Source: Octopus bimaculoides (taxonomy: Eukaryota). Taken from it: 64,000 nucleotides of DNA. The stretch is from assembly GCF_001194135.2 (NCBI RefSeq), contig NC_068987.1, positions 47,364,802-47,428,801 on the forward strand. Reading direction: 5' to 3'. The notes beneath the pieces were generated by a model that saw only the letters and a list, made by a program, of their open reading frames with translations, was not told where the DNA came from and made no database searches. Below, piece by piece: positions 52,590-64,000 of this stretch. Each line of letters starts with the position of its first letter. The first letter of the stretch is position 1. Position numbers and translations under genes: made by a program.

Positions 52590-52615
52590 ATACTAGCAAT
52601 ACAACCCGGGTGTTA
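52590..52615 (-). mobile_element. Isolated Helitron-type 3' terminus
   Basis: The - strand reads cccgggttgtattgCTAG|T, inserted next to a (TA)n tract. Confidence 0.4.
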
Positions 52616-53888
52616 TGACCTACAGGTGTCATGACCTACAGCCACATTGTATTATTTGTTCCTTTCTTACGGGCAGAATTGGCACACAAAGAGTATGAAG
52701 GAAACAACTCTTCTTTATAAACACGTTTTTCTGTCATTTTCTGATGAACAACGCTGCAGTTTCCATCAATCAAATTCAGTCACAAGTCTGTAGTTGGCCT
52801 CAGGCTATACTAGAAAACACTTGCCCAAGGTACCATGCAGAGAGACTGAACATGGAACCATGTGGTTGGGAAGCAAAATTCTCAACTACACAGTCATTCT
52901 TACACATAATGTGTGTGTGTGTGTGTGTGTATTTACATTTGTTGTTAAATTGAGTGCTGTACCCCACTGTCTCAAGGTTAGCAGTTCATCAAGCAGATAT
53001 CTATAAAATAAACGCCAGACTGAAATACGTACTGAGGTCAGTATGATTAATTGAATGTTTGAAGGTGATACCCCATCATGGCGACAGCTGTGAAATATTA
53101 AATGGCTTCAAATTTAAAGTAATGCATTACTAATCACAAGATAATGAGTTCAAAATTTCGAAATAAGCTTCCACTCTATATGATAACACTATATGTAGAT
53201 CTCAGTCTAATTGAATTCCAACAATTAACAATTGTAATTTGAAGTTGAACGGTTAGCAGTAAGAAAGATGTCCAGATTTCTTTAAAAATTATTGTGCAAA
53301 ATATTCTGAGAAAAAGTACTTTTTTCACAACAAAACGCACACACACACACACACACACACACAGGTGTATCTGTGGTAAGTTGAGCTACTAAAAATAGCA
53401 GCCAAATCTCTCTTAAAACACACCCTTTCATCAAAAGACATAGATTTACAGTATTTCATGGTGAAAAAAACAAAACAAAACAAAACTATGTGATGGGTCT
53501 GCTACATCAGAGGCAACTCTGGGCTAAACAAAACACAAACAAACGTACTTCACATTAAAAGATTATCTGCTAAATAATACTAATAAAGTTGATGGTATAT
53601 CTTCAAAGTTTCATTCCTTGGTAAAACTCCATGCATTTTAACCCTTTTACTATATTTCTAAGTAAAACACACCCCTTATGAGTTTCAATTAAATTTTAAA
53701 ATCATCACAAATTGACATATTAATGTGATTTTTGGATCACAATTGAAGAAAAGGCTCTTAATCAATTCTATTGCATACCTTTTGTCTCAAAGTGACTTTA
53801 ATCACAAGTAAATATATGTAAACCACAAGCTATCTTTTTCTTTGGTTTGTTTCCATAGTGATTGCTTTAAACAAGCTTACAATCTTAC

Positions 53889-53969
53889 ATTTCCTTGATT
53901 TCTCCATATCTTCTGTTGAAAAGCCCTCAAATTCAGAATCACTGCTTGATAGCATGAACTTGTTATCCA
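53889..53969 (-). CDS. Gene B coding exon 2 (81 nt, phase 1 to 1): DNKFMLSSSDSEFEGFSTEDMEKSRK
   Basis: Acceptor ttttttttccaacttttaaag, donor GAAAT|gtaaga. Symmetrical exon in the right phase; it could be skipped without a frameshift. Confidence 0.6.
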
Positions 53970-56029
53970 CTTTAAAAGTTGGAAAAAAAAATCGCTGAAG
54001 AGAAAATGTGGAAAAAAATCTCCCAAAATTTGCACAACTCAGATATCACATCAAGCAATGTCAGATACTGTAACTCGACTATTTACAAAGTGAAATCATA
54101 TGTTTTCACGAATGTACTGAGATTTGTGCTGAAATTCATATTTAAATATCAATGGGTTCACTCAGTCGGCTTTGGCTGGGTTGGTTGTTTGAACCAAAGG
54201 ATTTTTCGCCCAGGTTGGTAATGAAAAGGTTAAATATTTTCTCATTATGCACTAAGACATAATTTTACGCATTTTAATAGCAATCAATTTTTTCTCTTTT
54301 TTGCTTAATTAAAATGGTTGCCTTTTCCTCGTAGTTTTTCATGTCAGCTATAAAGGTGAAGAGAGTTAACTTTGGACGGTGTTAAGTAGCGGAGATGTTT
54401 GGTGATTGTATGTGGTGGTTACTTTTGACTGTTTCTTCTCAATAAGGGTAATTGATTGATAATGAATCTTAATATATATAGTGGAATCAATGTAGTGGTA
54501 AGAACATTGGGATATGTAACAGTAGTTTTGAATAAGAATAAAAATGGAAGTTTTAATCATCTGATGGACAGGCAGACATTACAAAAATAGCGATTCTCAC
54601 TTTGAAACTGACAATTTTGAAAATCTTTTTAGATTATGGAATGCCCTGCTCTCTCATGTATCCAAAACTTCAGCATGATCGGATGAACAACACTCGAGTT
54701 TTAAGCGCACAAACAGACAGACAGAACGGGATTTATATTATATATATATGCATACACACACACACACACATTTTGTAGACTACGACTTCAGAAAAAATAT
54801 TTTTACCATAAAATACACAAAATACAAATGTTAACATATTAATTCATATAGTACCAACTAGTAAATATATATTTAATAACGAACCATGTAATCCACACTC
54901 TTGAAAACGTATTTCTGTAAAATGTTTGGGGTGGGGGTGAAATTTCCACAGGTTCCATCCCACCCCAACTCCTGTTTTTTGGACAAAACAAGTGTTTTGT
55001 AGCATATTAAGAGGCTACCGTAATTCATTCAACGTTAAAAAAAAAAGAAACAAGCATTTTCCAATGATTCCGGGAAGGAGAAGGGTGAAATTTTTGAGGA
55101 TCCCCAACCCATTTTCCAGATTTAAAAAAAGTGCTTTGAGGCATATTAGGAGGTCATCACAATTCCTTCAACGCCCCCAAAAATAAATTTCCAATGATTC
55201 TGGGATGGTGGGGGTCTGCCCCCACCCCCACTTTTTTCTGAACAAAAATAAGGGGTTTGCAGCACTTTAGGAGGTCAGGGTACTTGATTCAATGCAAAAA
55301 ATCCGAGGTTTTTCTTTTTCCTTAGTGAAATGCATGCAGGTGTACTTACCAAAATTTACCATTATTTTCTATGTAAGCCCTTCGAAGTTACTTTAACAAC
55401 TTTATCATTCAAATTCATATAAATGTTGTTATTAAAAAACTTAAATATTTAAAAAAAAAGAAAACTGAAAATAAAATACTAACAGGTTATTAAACAAATT
55501 ATTTTGTAAGTGATTTTAATAAATTTGTTCTGCTTACTCTGGAAACCCAAATCAATTTTCATATTTTCCCGGAGTTTTAGTTTCGTTAATAATCCCGTAG
55601 ATGTATGTCCCTAAAACCAAAGTTCACCATTAATTGACGCCGCTTTAGTTAAAGATTACCATCCAATGCATTATGTCCATAAGATGTGAAGATGTGTGTG
55701 GTATGACGGAGATTTAGTGCTTATTTGAGACAGGTTGAACAACCACTTGTGTATGTAGAAGGATGGGGGCTTAGAAAGATGCAGACTTGCAGAATACTGT
55801 GTACATTAAATACCAGTATATATTTGATACCTTGGTTAATATACAGTTTAAGACCTGGTCACGAATATTATATTAACCTTCAGTCTCGCTGCATGGCACC
55901 TATAGTATAATCTCAGGTCCACCAAAACCTTGAAAGTAGATTTGGTAAACGGAAACTGAAAGACTGTTGTGTATGTATATATACATATAAATATATATAT
56001 CATTTATAGAAATACATAAATCCGTAGGA

Positions 56030-56522
56030 GAAGCACACTCTAAGATGTAGAGCTATCGCTGGCCAGCCATATCTGGCAATTATGAGACGAAGAGATTCCA
56101 TGCTTGATTGCATGGAAAATATTCGAGAACCCAGGCCCCTACATCAACAGGACAAAATGGTGCAAGTTATTCATTGCTGAACGCATGAGGATCCTTAAGG
56201 ATTTGCTTGCGCCAGGGGGCATCCCGAATTCCAAGATGGAGATTTTTGGACCATGCCTGCATTTTAGAAAATTCCGAAAGGAGACAATTGTTTACCTTCG
56301 TGGTGCTTTGGTGACCGCAAGATGGCAGCACAGTCAATGATCGATGGACAATGGCAAAGGGAGATAATCACCTGGAGTTTTATCCTTAAAAACGTTGCTT
56401 TTCCTCCTCCATATTTTAAAGAGGTCTCAGGCCAACAGTGTTTGGGGTCTGAAGATATGCCGTAAGGCTAAGCCCCTTATGAGCAAGAAACCTAGGGTAA
56501 CCCCATAAACTGGCCTACCCCA
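56030..56522 (+). mobile_element. Penelope-like element 3' end (GIY-YIG C-terminus plus pLTR)
   Basis: IAWKIFENPGPYINRTKWCKLFIAERMRIL...NSKMEIFGPCLHFRKF corresponds to the PLE W.I....Y.....C.LC..E...I...N...E....C.H...F tail; followed by a hammerhead. Confidence 0.75.
56429..56517 (+). ncRNA. Type I hammerhead ribozyme (predicted cleavage after GUA at 56499)
   Basis: Stem I TGGGGT(56443-48)/ACCCCA(56500-05), extended by GTTT/AAAC and AGGCCA/TGGCCT. Core CTGAAGA 56449-55. Stem II 56456-86 (T.TGC/GCAA, GTAAGG/CCTTAT). GAAA 56487-90. Stem III ACC-TAG-GGT. Confidence 0.75.
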
Positions 56523-56963
56523 CTATGATATATATGTGTGTGTGTGTGTGTGTTTCTCTCCTGTCACTGCTTGACAACCGGTGTTGGTATGTTTACACCC
56601 CTGTAACTTAGCGGTTCGGCAAAAGAAACAGATTGAATAAGCACTAGGCTTAAAAAATATGCCCTGGGATTGACTTGTTCGACTAAAACTTTTCAAGGCG
56701 GTGCTCCAGCATGGTCGCAGTCAAATGACTGGAAAAAGTAAAAGAATAAAAGAAGATATATATATCTCGTCAATGTATCAGATATCCAAAAACGAAGCAC
56801 ACTCTAAAGCACAGAGCAGTAATGTATTTATCGATAGTTAAGTTTATGTCCGGTTACAGAGTAAGAAATGGTTTCACATCTACAAAGAGCTTAGCCCCCG
56901 TGGACGGCTCCACAGACTCTAAAACCGAAGACCTGGAAGGCAGGAATCCGTGACGGCTATATA

Positions 56964-57627
56964 CAATGTGTCCATAAAGTCATTATGGGATTTCAAAACT
57001 ATTGATGTAACTTGAAACACTGCACATTTCAAATACATGTTGAATATGAAACCAACAAATAAACTTTACTCACGTTTCTTCAGAACTTTGTGAACAGTGC
57101 TCTTCTTAAGGCCTACTTGCTTAGTGTAGACACGCACTGATTTCTTTGAACTCCATAGGTAGATGTCCCTTATAGCCTCAATAGACTCGTCACTCATCAG
57201 TGGTCTGCCAGAAGGTTTTGCAACCAACAAGCTGTCAGTTTCCTTAAACTGGCGATTCCAATGGTGAATGCTGTTTTGATGTGGTGGCTCATCATTAAAC
57301 ACGCAACTATATTCACGACGAACACATGTCACGGATTCAAATTTTGCAAGCCAAAGAATGCACTGAACTTTCCTTTACACCGTACACATCTTGACAGATG
57401 AATTGGCTTGACTTGGCGTCATTTGCACCTGCATTTTCTTCACTCATCCAACTGGAGTATCGATTAGGTGTGTGTAGGGCAACAGATGGAAGCCACACCG
57501 AACTGTGCTAAACTGTACGCAAACTTTATTAGCTGGTCTCATTCAACAGGTATATGAAATGTGTAGCGTTGGAAGTTACATCAATAAATAATTTTGAAAT
57601 CCCACCATGACTTTAACAGATGCACTA
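56964..57627 (-). mobile_element. Internally deleted Tc1/mariner element with TIRs and TA target duplication
   Basis: Left end TA|caatgtgtccataaagtcattatgggatttcaaaa; right end ttttgaaatcccaccatgactttaacagatgcacta|TA. Encodes the N-terminal HTH region ...WNRQFKETDSL...SGRP...SKKSVR...KSTVHKVLKK. Confidence 0.85.
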
Positions 57628-57899
57628 TATATTATCTTTTGTCAAAAGAGAGAAGGCAGTGCCCATGACCTGTTACAAGACCTCCGAGACCGGTGGGAAT
57701 GAGGAAGGTATCCTCAAACCGGTATGTTACAGCAAGATAGATTTTGCTAAAAACATCCAAGGTGTTAGATGGTGGTGTTAAGTCGGGCGACGCAGTATGT
57801 CTACTACCTTTGTAGACTATGATGCAGTTTGAATTCAGAACGCAAAGAACAAGAACAATTATCAGTCTGATGTACTTCAGTTCCACCAATCCATTGCCC

Positions 57900-59095
57900 T
57901 AGATAGACAGCCTATTTTTTGGTCGACCCCGAAAGGATGAAAGGCAAAACTGACCTAATAGACATAAGACCATAAATTTAAAAGAAGAAAAGCGATTATC
58001 CTTCCCCCTACACACACATACATACCCAGTATTTGACTGGTATCTGGAAGGATGAAAGGTGAAGTCCATCATGGCGAAATTCGAATTAAAAACGTAAGGA
58101 CCAGCAAGTGAATTCCGCTCCAAACATTTTGCAGTGCCCTGCTCCAATTTTTATGGATAAACGTTAGTAATGTTTCTGTGTATGAGTATGCGCAAGGCGA
58201 ACGGGAAGCTATCTGGTTGAAAAGTGAAAACTTTACAAGGGAAGCATGAAGAAGAAATGTCTTTCGAACATACGGGGAGAGGGCATTATTTGATATCCTC
58301 AGTCCCAGTATTTGACCCCGAAAGGATAATAGGTAAAGTTGACCTCGGCGGAATTTGAACTCAGCACGTAGAGCCGGAAGAAGTGCTGTTAAGCATTTTG
58401 TATGATACACCAACGATTCTGCCTTTTACTTTCCATTATAGGCTCAAGGCCTGAAATTCTGGGGGAAGGAATTAGTTGATTACATTGATCCGACCGCGAA
58501 AGCCTTTAATAATAATAATTCTTTCGAATCTGGCATAAGGCCAGCAATTTTAAGGAAAGTAGATTAATCAATTACATCGAGTCCAATGCTTGACTGATAC
58601 TTTATTTCCTCGATTCCGGAGAGATGAATGGTAACAACAGCAGGGTTTGCACTCAGAAGATAAGAGCCGGCAGAAACACCGCAAAGTATTCTCTGATTTT
58701 TGCCAATGTATTGCTATTTCTTCTGACTCTTTACGTTCTGAGTTCAACTTTGCCTTTCATCCTTCGGGATCGATAAGATAAGTTCCAGTTGAGCTCCGGG
58801 GTCGACGTAATTGACTAGCCCACCACCACCAAATTTCAGGCCCTGTATCTATACTAGAAAAGATTATTATTATTATGACAGACCGAGTAAAAGCACAGCA
58901 CGCTGGATGAAATGCTTAGCGGTATTTCACCCGTTGCTACGTTCTTAGTTTAAATTCCGCCGAGGTCGATTTTGCTTTCCATCCTCTCGGGGTCAATAAA
59001 TTAGGTACCAGAGAAACATTGGTGTCGATGTAATCGACTAGCCTCTTCCCCCAAAATTTCAGGCCTTGTGTTTATAGTAGAAAAGATTATGAGAG
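57900..59095. mobile_element. Nin-SINE cluster with an orientation switch (- strand copies 57900-58700, + strand copies 58725-59095)
   Basis: gaaaggatgaaaggc-type cores on the left, complementary ttgcctttcatcc cores with (ATT)n tails on the right. Confidence 0.8.
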
Positions 59096-59492
59096 AACGA
59101 GTAACAATTAGGCATTTTAAATGTGGTAGTATAAGGTTGAAGGCATAATCCCAATTTTGGTATTGCTAGATCTTTCACACTAAATTGAAGGGGGTTAGGA
59201 CGATCTTTATAGGAAGTTTCCTTGACGAAGACACATCTCAATGACTAGTTTGGTTAAGATGATCAGCAGTAGAATTGTTGAGGTTGCTGGTGATAATGAT
59301 ACCGACGCTGAATTGTTAATTAAAACAGAAATAAGACAGGATCACCTTCGTCGGTAGTGTTGCATAAATTCACAGACAAAACTATCAATGTAAAGTAATA
59401 TTGCATGAATGGAGGGGAAGAAAATTATTATCAGTCCAGGGAAGTGAGGAAAGACCTATTTTCAAGTAGTAATAGAGAGAAGGAAAACTTAC

Positions 59493-59649
59493 TTTCACAC
59501 CAAATCTTACGATGCCATACTCTTAGGTGACTCCTGAGGTTCGTGTTAGAGCGGTGGTATCGAACATTCCTGCCACATATTTTACAAAAGGCATCCTGAG
59601 CACTTACAGCCGTGAAATAATTCCAAACTATGCATGTTTTCCGTCGCAT
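59493..59649 (-). CDS. Gene B coding exon 1 (157 nt, phase 1): BED zinc finger MRRKTCIVWNYFTAVSAQDAFCKICGRNVRYHRSNTNLRSHLRVWHRKIWCE
   Basis: BED signature W-x2-F, C-x2-C, S(N)TxNL, H-L-x3-H. In-frame TGA two codons upstream of the ATG. Donor GAAA|gtaagt. Upstream acceptor tttcag at 59696. Confidence 0.85.
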
Positions 59650-59767
59650 TTTTCACTGTTTACTCAAAATCGCAAAACAAAGAAAACTCGGAATGCTGAA
59701 ACGAAAAAGAAAGTATTCCGATGTTTGTGTGTGTGTGTGTGTGTGTATATTCCTTTACCCTTTTATT

Positions 59768-59815
<48 letters not shown>

Positions 59816-61131
59816 TGCATACANNNNNNNNNNNNNNNNNNNNNNNNNNNNNNNNNNNNNNNNNNNNNNNNNNNNNNNNNNNNNNNNNNNNNNNNNNNNN
59901 NNNNNNNNNNNNNNNNNNNNNNNNNNNNNNNNNNNNNNNNNNNNNNNNNNNNNNNNNNNNNNNNNNNNNNNNNNNNNNNNNNNNNNNNNNNNNNNNNNNN
60001 NNNNNNNNNNNNNNNNNNNNNNNNNNNNNNNNNNNNNNNNNNNNNNNNNNNNNNNNNNNNNNNNNNNNNNNNNNNNNNNNNNNNNNNNNNNNNNNNNNNN
60101 NNNNNNNNNNNNNNNNNNNNNNNNNNNNNNNNNNNNNNNNNNNNNNNNNNNNNNNNNNNNNNNNNNNNNNNNNNNNNNNNNNNNNNNNNNNNNNNNNNNN
60201 NNNNNNNNNNNNNNNNNNNNNNNNNNNNNNNNNNNNNNNNNNNNNNNNNNNNNNNNNNNNNNNNNNNNNNNNNNNNNNNNNNNNNNNNNNNNNNNNNNNN
60301 NNNNNNNNNNNNNNNNNNNNNNNNNNNNNNNNNNNNNNNNNNNNNNNNNNNNNNNNNNNNNNNNNNNNNNNNNNNNNNNNNNNNNNNNNNNNNNNNATCG
60401 TTAAAACGGCTCATCCCATGGATCGCAGATTAAATTTGTATACGCAAATTAAATCTAGCCATGGAGGAATGTAGTGGCGGACAAAAAACAAGACAGGAAA
60501 ACAAACAGAAAAGGCTTTACGGCCAGACGAGAAAAATTATGTGTGTATATATATAGGGAGAATTCACAAAAAAAAACAAAAGACGAAGACAGGTGGTGTA
60601 GACAACAAACAGATGTATTAGTTTAACGCTCGGGAAGTAAAAAAGTCTTTAACGTTTCGAGCCTACGCTCTACCACAGAAAGAAACAAGGAGAGAAAATA
60701 AAGAATGTGTAGTGGCTAGCGATCTGAAGTATTTTGGGTTATGCAAATGATTATTTCTGTTTAACTAAAATATAACATAAAATCTACTGTTGCTATTTAG
60801 AGCGTCGGAAACGTGCTTTGAGTTAGTTATTCAGGCTATTTATATTCTGAGTTCAAATCCCACTGAGGTCAACTTTGCCTTTCATCTCTTTGTAGTCGTT
60901 AAATTGCAGTACCAGCCAAGTACTAGGGTTAATGTAATCGACAAACTTTTCCCCCCAAAATTGGTATCATAGTTCCTAAAGACCCTATTATCAGTGGGAT
61001 TTGAACTCAGAATATAAAGAGCCTGAATGACTAACGCAAAGCACGTTTCCGACGCTCTAAAAGCAAAAAAAGATTTTGTTATATTTTAGTCAAACAGGAA
61101 TAATCATTCGCATAACCCCAAATACATCATA

Positions 61132-61168
<37 letters not shown>

Positions 61169-62228
61169 NNNNNNNNNNNNNNNNNNNNNNNNNNNNNNNN
61201 NNNNNNNNNNNNNNNNNNNNNNNNNNNNNNNNNNNNNNNNNNNNNNNNNNNNNNNNNNNNNNNNNNNNNNNNNNNNNNNNNNNNNNNNNNNNNNNNNNNN
61301 NNNNNNNNNNNNNNNNNNNNNNNNNNNNNNNNNNNNNNNNNNNNNNNNNNNNNNNNNNNNNNNNNNNNNNNNNNNNNNNNNNNNNNNNNNNNNNNNNNNN
61401 NNNNNNNNNNNNNNNNNNNNNNNNNNNNNNNNNNNNNNNNNNNNNNNNNNNNNNNNNNNNNNNNNNNNNNNNNNNNNNNNNNNNNNNNNNNNNNNNNNNN
61501 NNNNNNNNNNNNNNNNNNNNNNNNNNNNNNNNNNNNNNNNNNNNNNNNNNNNNNNNNNNNNNNNNNNNNNNNNNNNNATATATATATATATATATATATA
61601 TTATGGTTATTTGTTTTGCGCATTTTATCTAAGTTTTTTATTGTCTTCATATATTGTGTAACGTTTTTGTCTCACTCCTGTTTTCATGGAACTGATATTT
61701 GTACATCCCCGCCATATCCTTGGTAACACGTTGCTGCTCATAAATAAACGAACTCTTGTTTATCAATAAAAGAATGTTATTTATTATGTTATTAAATATA
61801 TGTAACAGAGGACTTGAATTAAAGTTACTTCTAAAATAGAAATTGTATTTGACGAATAACGAAATGTTGTAACTTCATTCCTATTGTTTTCATGCTTTTA
61901 GTTGTTTCCACATCATATGCCTATCTATGTTTTCACTCTGGAAATATTTCCTTTTCATCCAATTTTTCAACTGCATAAATGATATAACTATTTTTAAAAA
62001 TAAAAAATAAACATTAAAAACTGAAAGTGAATTTTCGAAATATAGCTGCTACACTGGATCAGTTGAGATAAAATAGGTTTAGATCACGGAAGGAGAAAAA
62101 TAAAATCGATAATAAACTCTTAGTGATTTTAAAAAAATTATATTTTAAATTTAAACGTAATGTATCTTTCTACTTTCCACTATTATTTGAATTTCGTTAT
62201 TTTTTTCTTATTTTGTCCAGATGTTTAA

Positions 62229-62288
<60 letters not shown>

Positions 62289-62412
62289 GCGTTAAAGTTG
62301 GCTAATGTGATTTGTGACTCCAGTAGTGCGAGGTAGGTTCTGTGTGAGGGAAAGAAACACCTGGGGGAGAAAGAAAAAAAAAAAACAGGTCATCGCTACT
62401 ACAGGTTATAAA

Positions 62413-62449
62413 ATGTCCACGATGTCTGAACCACTTACATTAGAGAAAG
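62413..62449 (+). CDS. Possible first coding exon of a divergent gene (MSTMSEPLTLEK, phase 1)
   Basis: tataaaATG context and AAAG|gtattt donor in a locally CpG-richer segment. No downstream exon found in the window. Confidence 0.25.
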
Positions 62450-62807
62450 GTATTTTTATTTCAGTTTTATACATTTATAATATGTATACATATATTTTCT
62501 GTACATTAACCGTACACATTCAGTACACCTTTTTTCTCGTATTCTAATTCTCTAACATATATTTATCAGGTTTATATATTTACCTCTAAACTCAACTTTT
62601 AAGAAATTACGACACCTTTGCCCAGGACGTCGTGTCTTCTCTATCAAATCACCGATAATTTTTTAATACCGATTGTACTATTATCGTATTTTATTTACTA
62701 AACTCTAACACATTTTCATTGATGTTTGTGCGGCCTACTTGCATTTATAATAATACATATAATACACAACACATTCTCCGAAATATTAACATGTGTATAT
62801 ATAACTG

Positions 62808-62863
<56 letters not shown>

Positions 62864-63839
62864 TCCATTTTACATGTGTTATATGTATTTGTATACTCAT
62901 ACACACATATTGAATGAATATATTTGACAATTTAGTTTCTGATGTTCTGTAAAAAAAAAAAAGTAAATGAGATGGTCACGACAGGGACACTTCACTACAG
63001 ATCGGTTTTCTCAGGAGCTAAACAACAACCAAGTCTATTTCAAACCAATGTAGAATGGCTTCGGTGTGGTCGCATGATTTGCTAGAAATAGCAGTTGAAT
63101 CTCCCTATCCTTCAGATTACACCCTCCTGTTTTGAAATAGGAAAGGACAATTAAATACTGTAGCTAATTGTCTTATGTATACGAAAAGACGAGATATATA
63201 ATAAACTAAATGAAAGCGTGTATTATGTTATTATTACTCACACATATCTACCTGATTTCTCTAGATAGCTTGTGTAGTGATTCTATTTTCATGTTAACAT
63301 ACCCATCTGCAACTTCTGCGATGGGTTCGATTCCCGCCCTACATATACATTCAGTTGCTTTCATTTTACTTTTCATGGTGACGTCCTTTTAATTGTTTCA
63401 ACTAATTTTCTAGAAATAGTTTTTGTGTCATGCATGACAATTGTACAAGCTGACAGGTTTTACATTCCACTGTGTGTCATAATGAGACAATTTGTCGTTA
63501 TCGTTTTGTAGGTGTTTAGAATTATCTGAATTATCTGAACATCTTATCAAACTAAAATAAAAGGCAGAGTGCAAAGTTTACCTTTTGAGATTTCAAGAAA
63601 TATACTTATTAATAAAATACCTGTTTCTTATATGAAAATAATAACTCTACTTTGAAAATGAAATTCACTTTTTAAAATTTATTATGAAAAACATTTCGGA
63701 TTGCACTGGTTTAATTTAGGTTTTAGAAATTAATAATTTTAAAGCTTCATAAATCTGAAAATAATATGATAATTAAAATAAAAAAGGAAATGTTCAATTT
63801 CTTTATTGCCCACAAGGGGCTAAACATAGAGAGGACAAA

Positions 63840-64000
63840 CAAAGGGGTTAAGTCGATTACATCGACCCAGTGCGTAACTGGTACTTAATTTATCGACCCC
63901 GAAAGGATGAAAGGCAAAGTCGACCTCGGCGGAATTTGAACTCGGAACGTAACGGCAGACGAAATACCGCTAAGCATTTCGCCCGTTATGCTAACGTTTC
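63840..64000 (-). mobile_element. Young-looking Nin-domain SINE running off the window edge
   Basis: Near-consensus gaaaggatgaaaggcaaagtcgacctcggcggaatttgaactc with CpGs intact. Confidence 0.85.

Overview
AT-rich, microsatellite- and transposon-dense eukaryotic genomic DNA with six N-gaps (about 3.0 kb in total). The repeat content (Nin-domain and CORE/V-like tRNA-SINEs, RTE tails, Penelope and Helitron debris) points to a coleoid cephalopod, probably Octopus; this is an inference. Manual splice-site and phase assembly recovers two convergent spliced genes. Gene B (- strand, 8 coding exons, 59649 to 28711, 1239 nt, 412 aa) encodes an N-terminal BED zinc finger, an acidic/low-complexity middle and a C-terminal 'YFxICxxSxR + coiled-coil + SLCxSxL' module. 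Gene A (+ strand, at least 3 coding exons, 1863-5456, N-terminus unresolved) encodes the same C-terminal module with matching intron phases. I do not recognise this module as a named family. Other notable structure: a type I hammerhead ribozyme in a Penelope end (56429-56517); an intron built almost entirely of about 13 head-to-tail SINEs (45305-48570); a 6.4-kb imperfect palindrome around inverted Penelope copies (about 21.0-27.4 kb); a Helitron Rep block bounded by two outward-facing 3'-type termini; and a local tandem duplication interrupted by a Helitron helicase fragment. All calls are by eye, without database searches.
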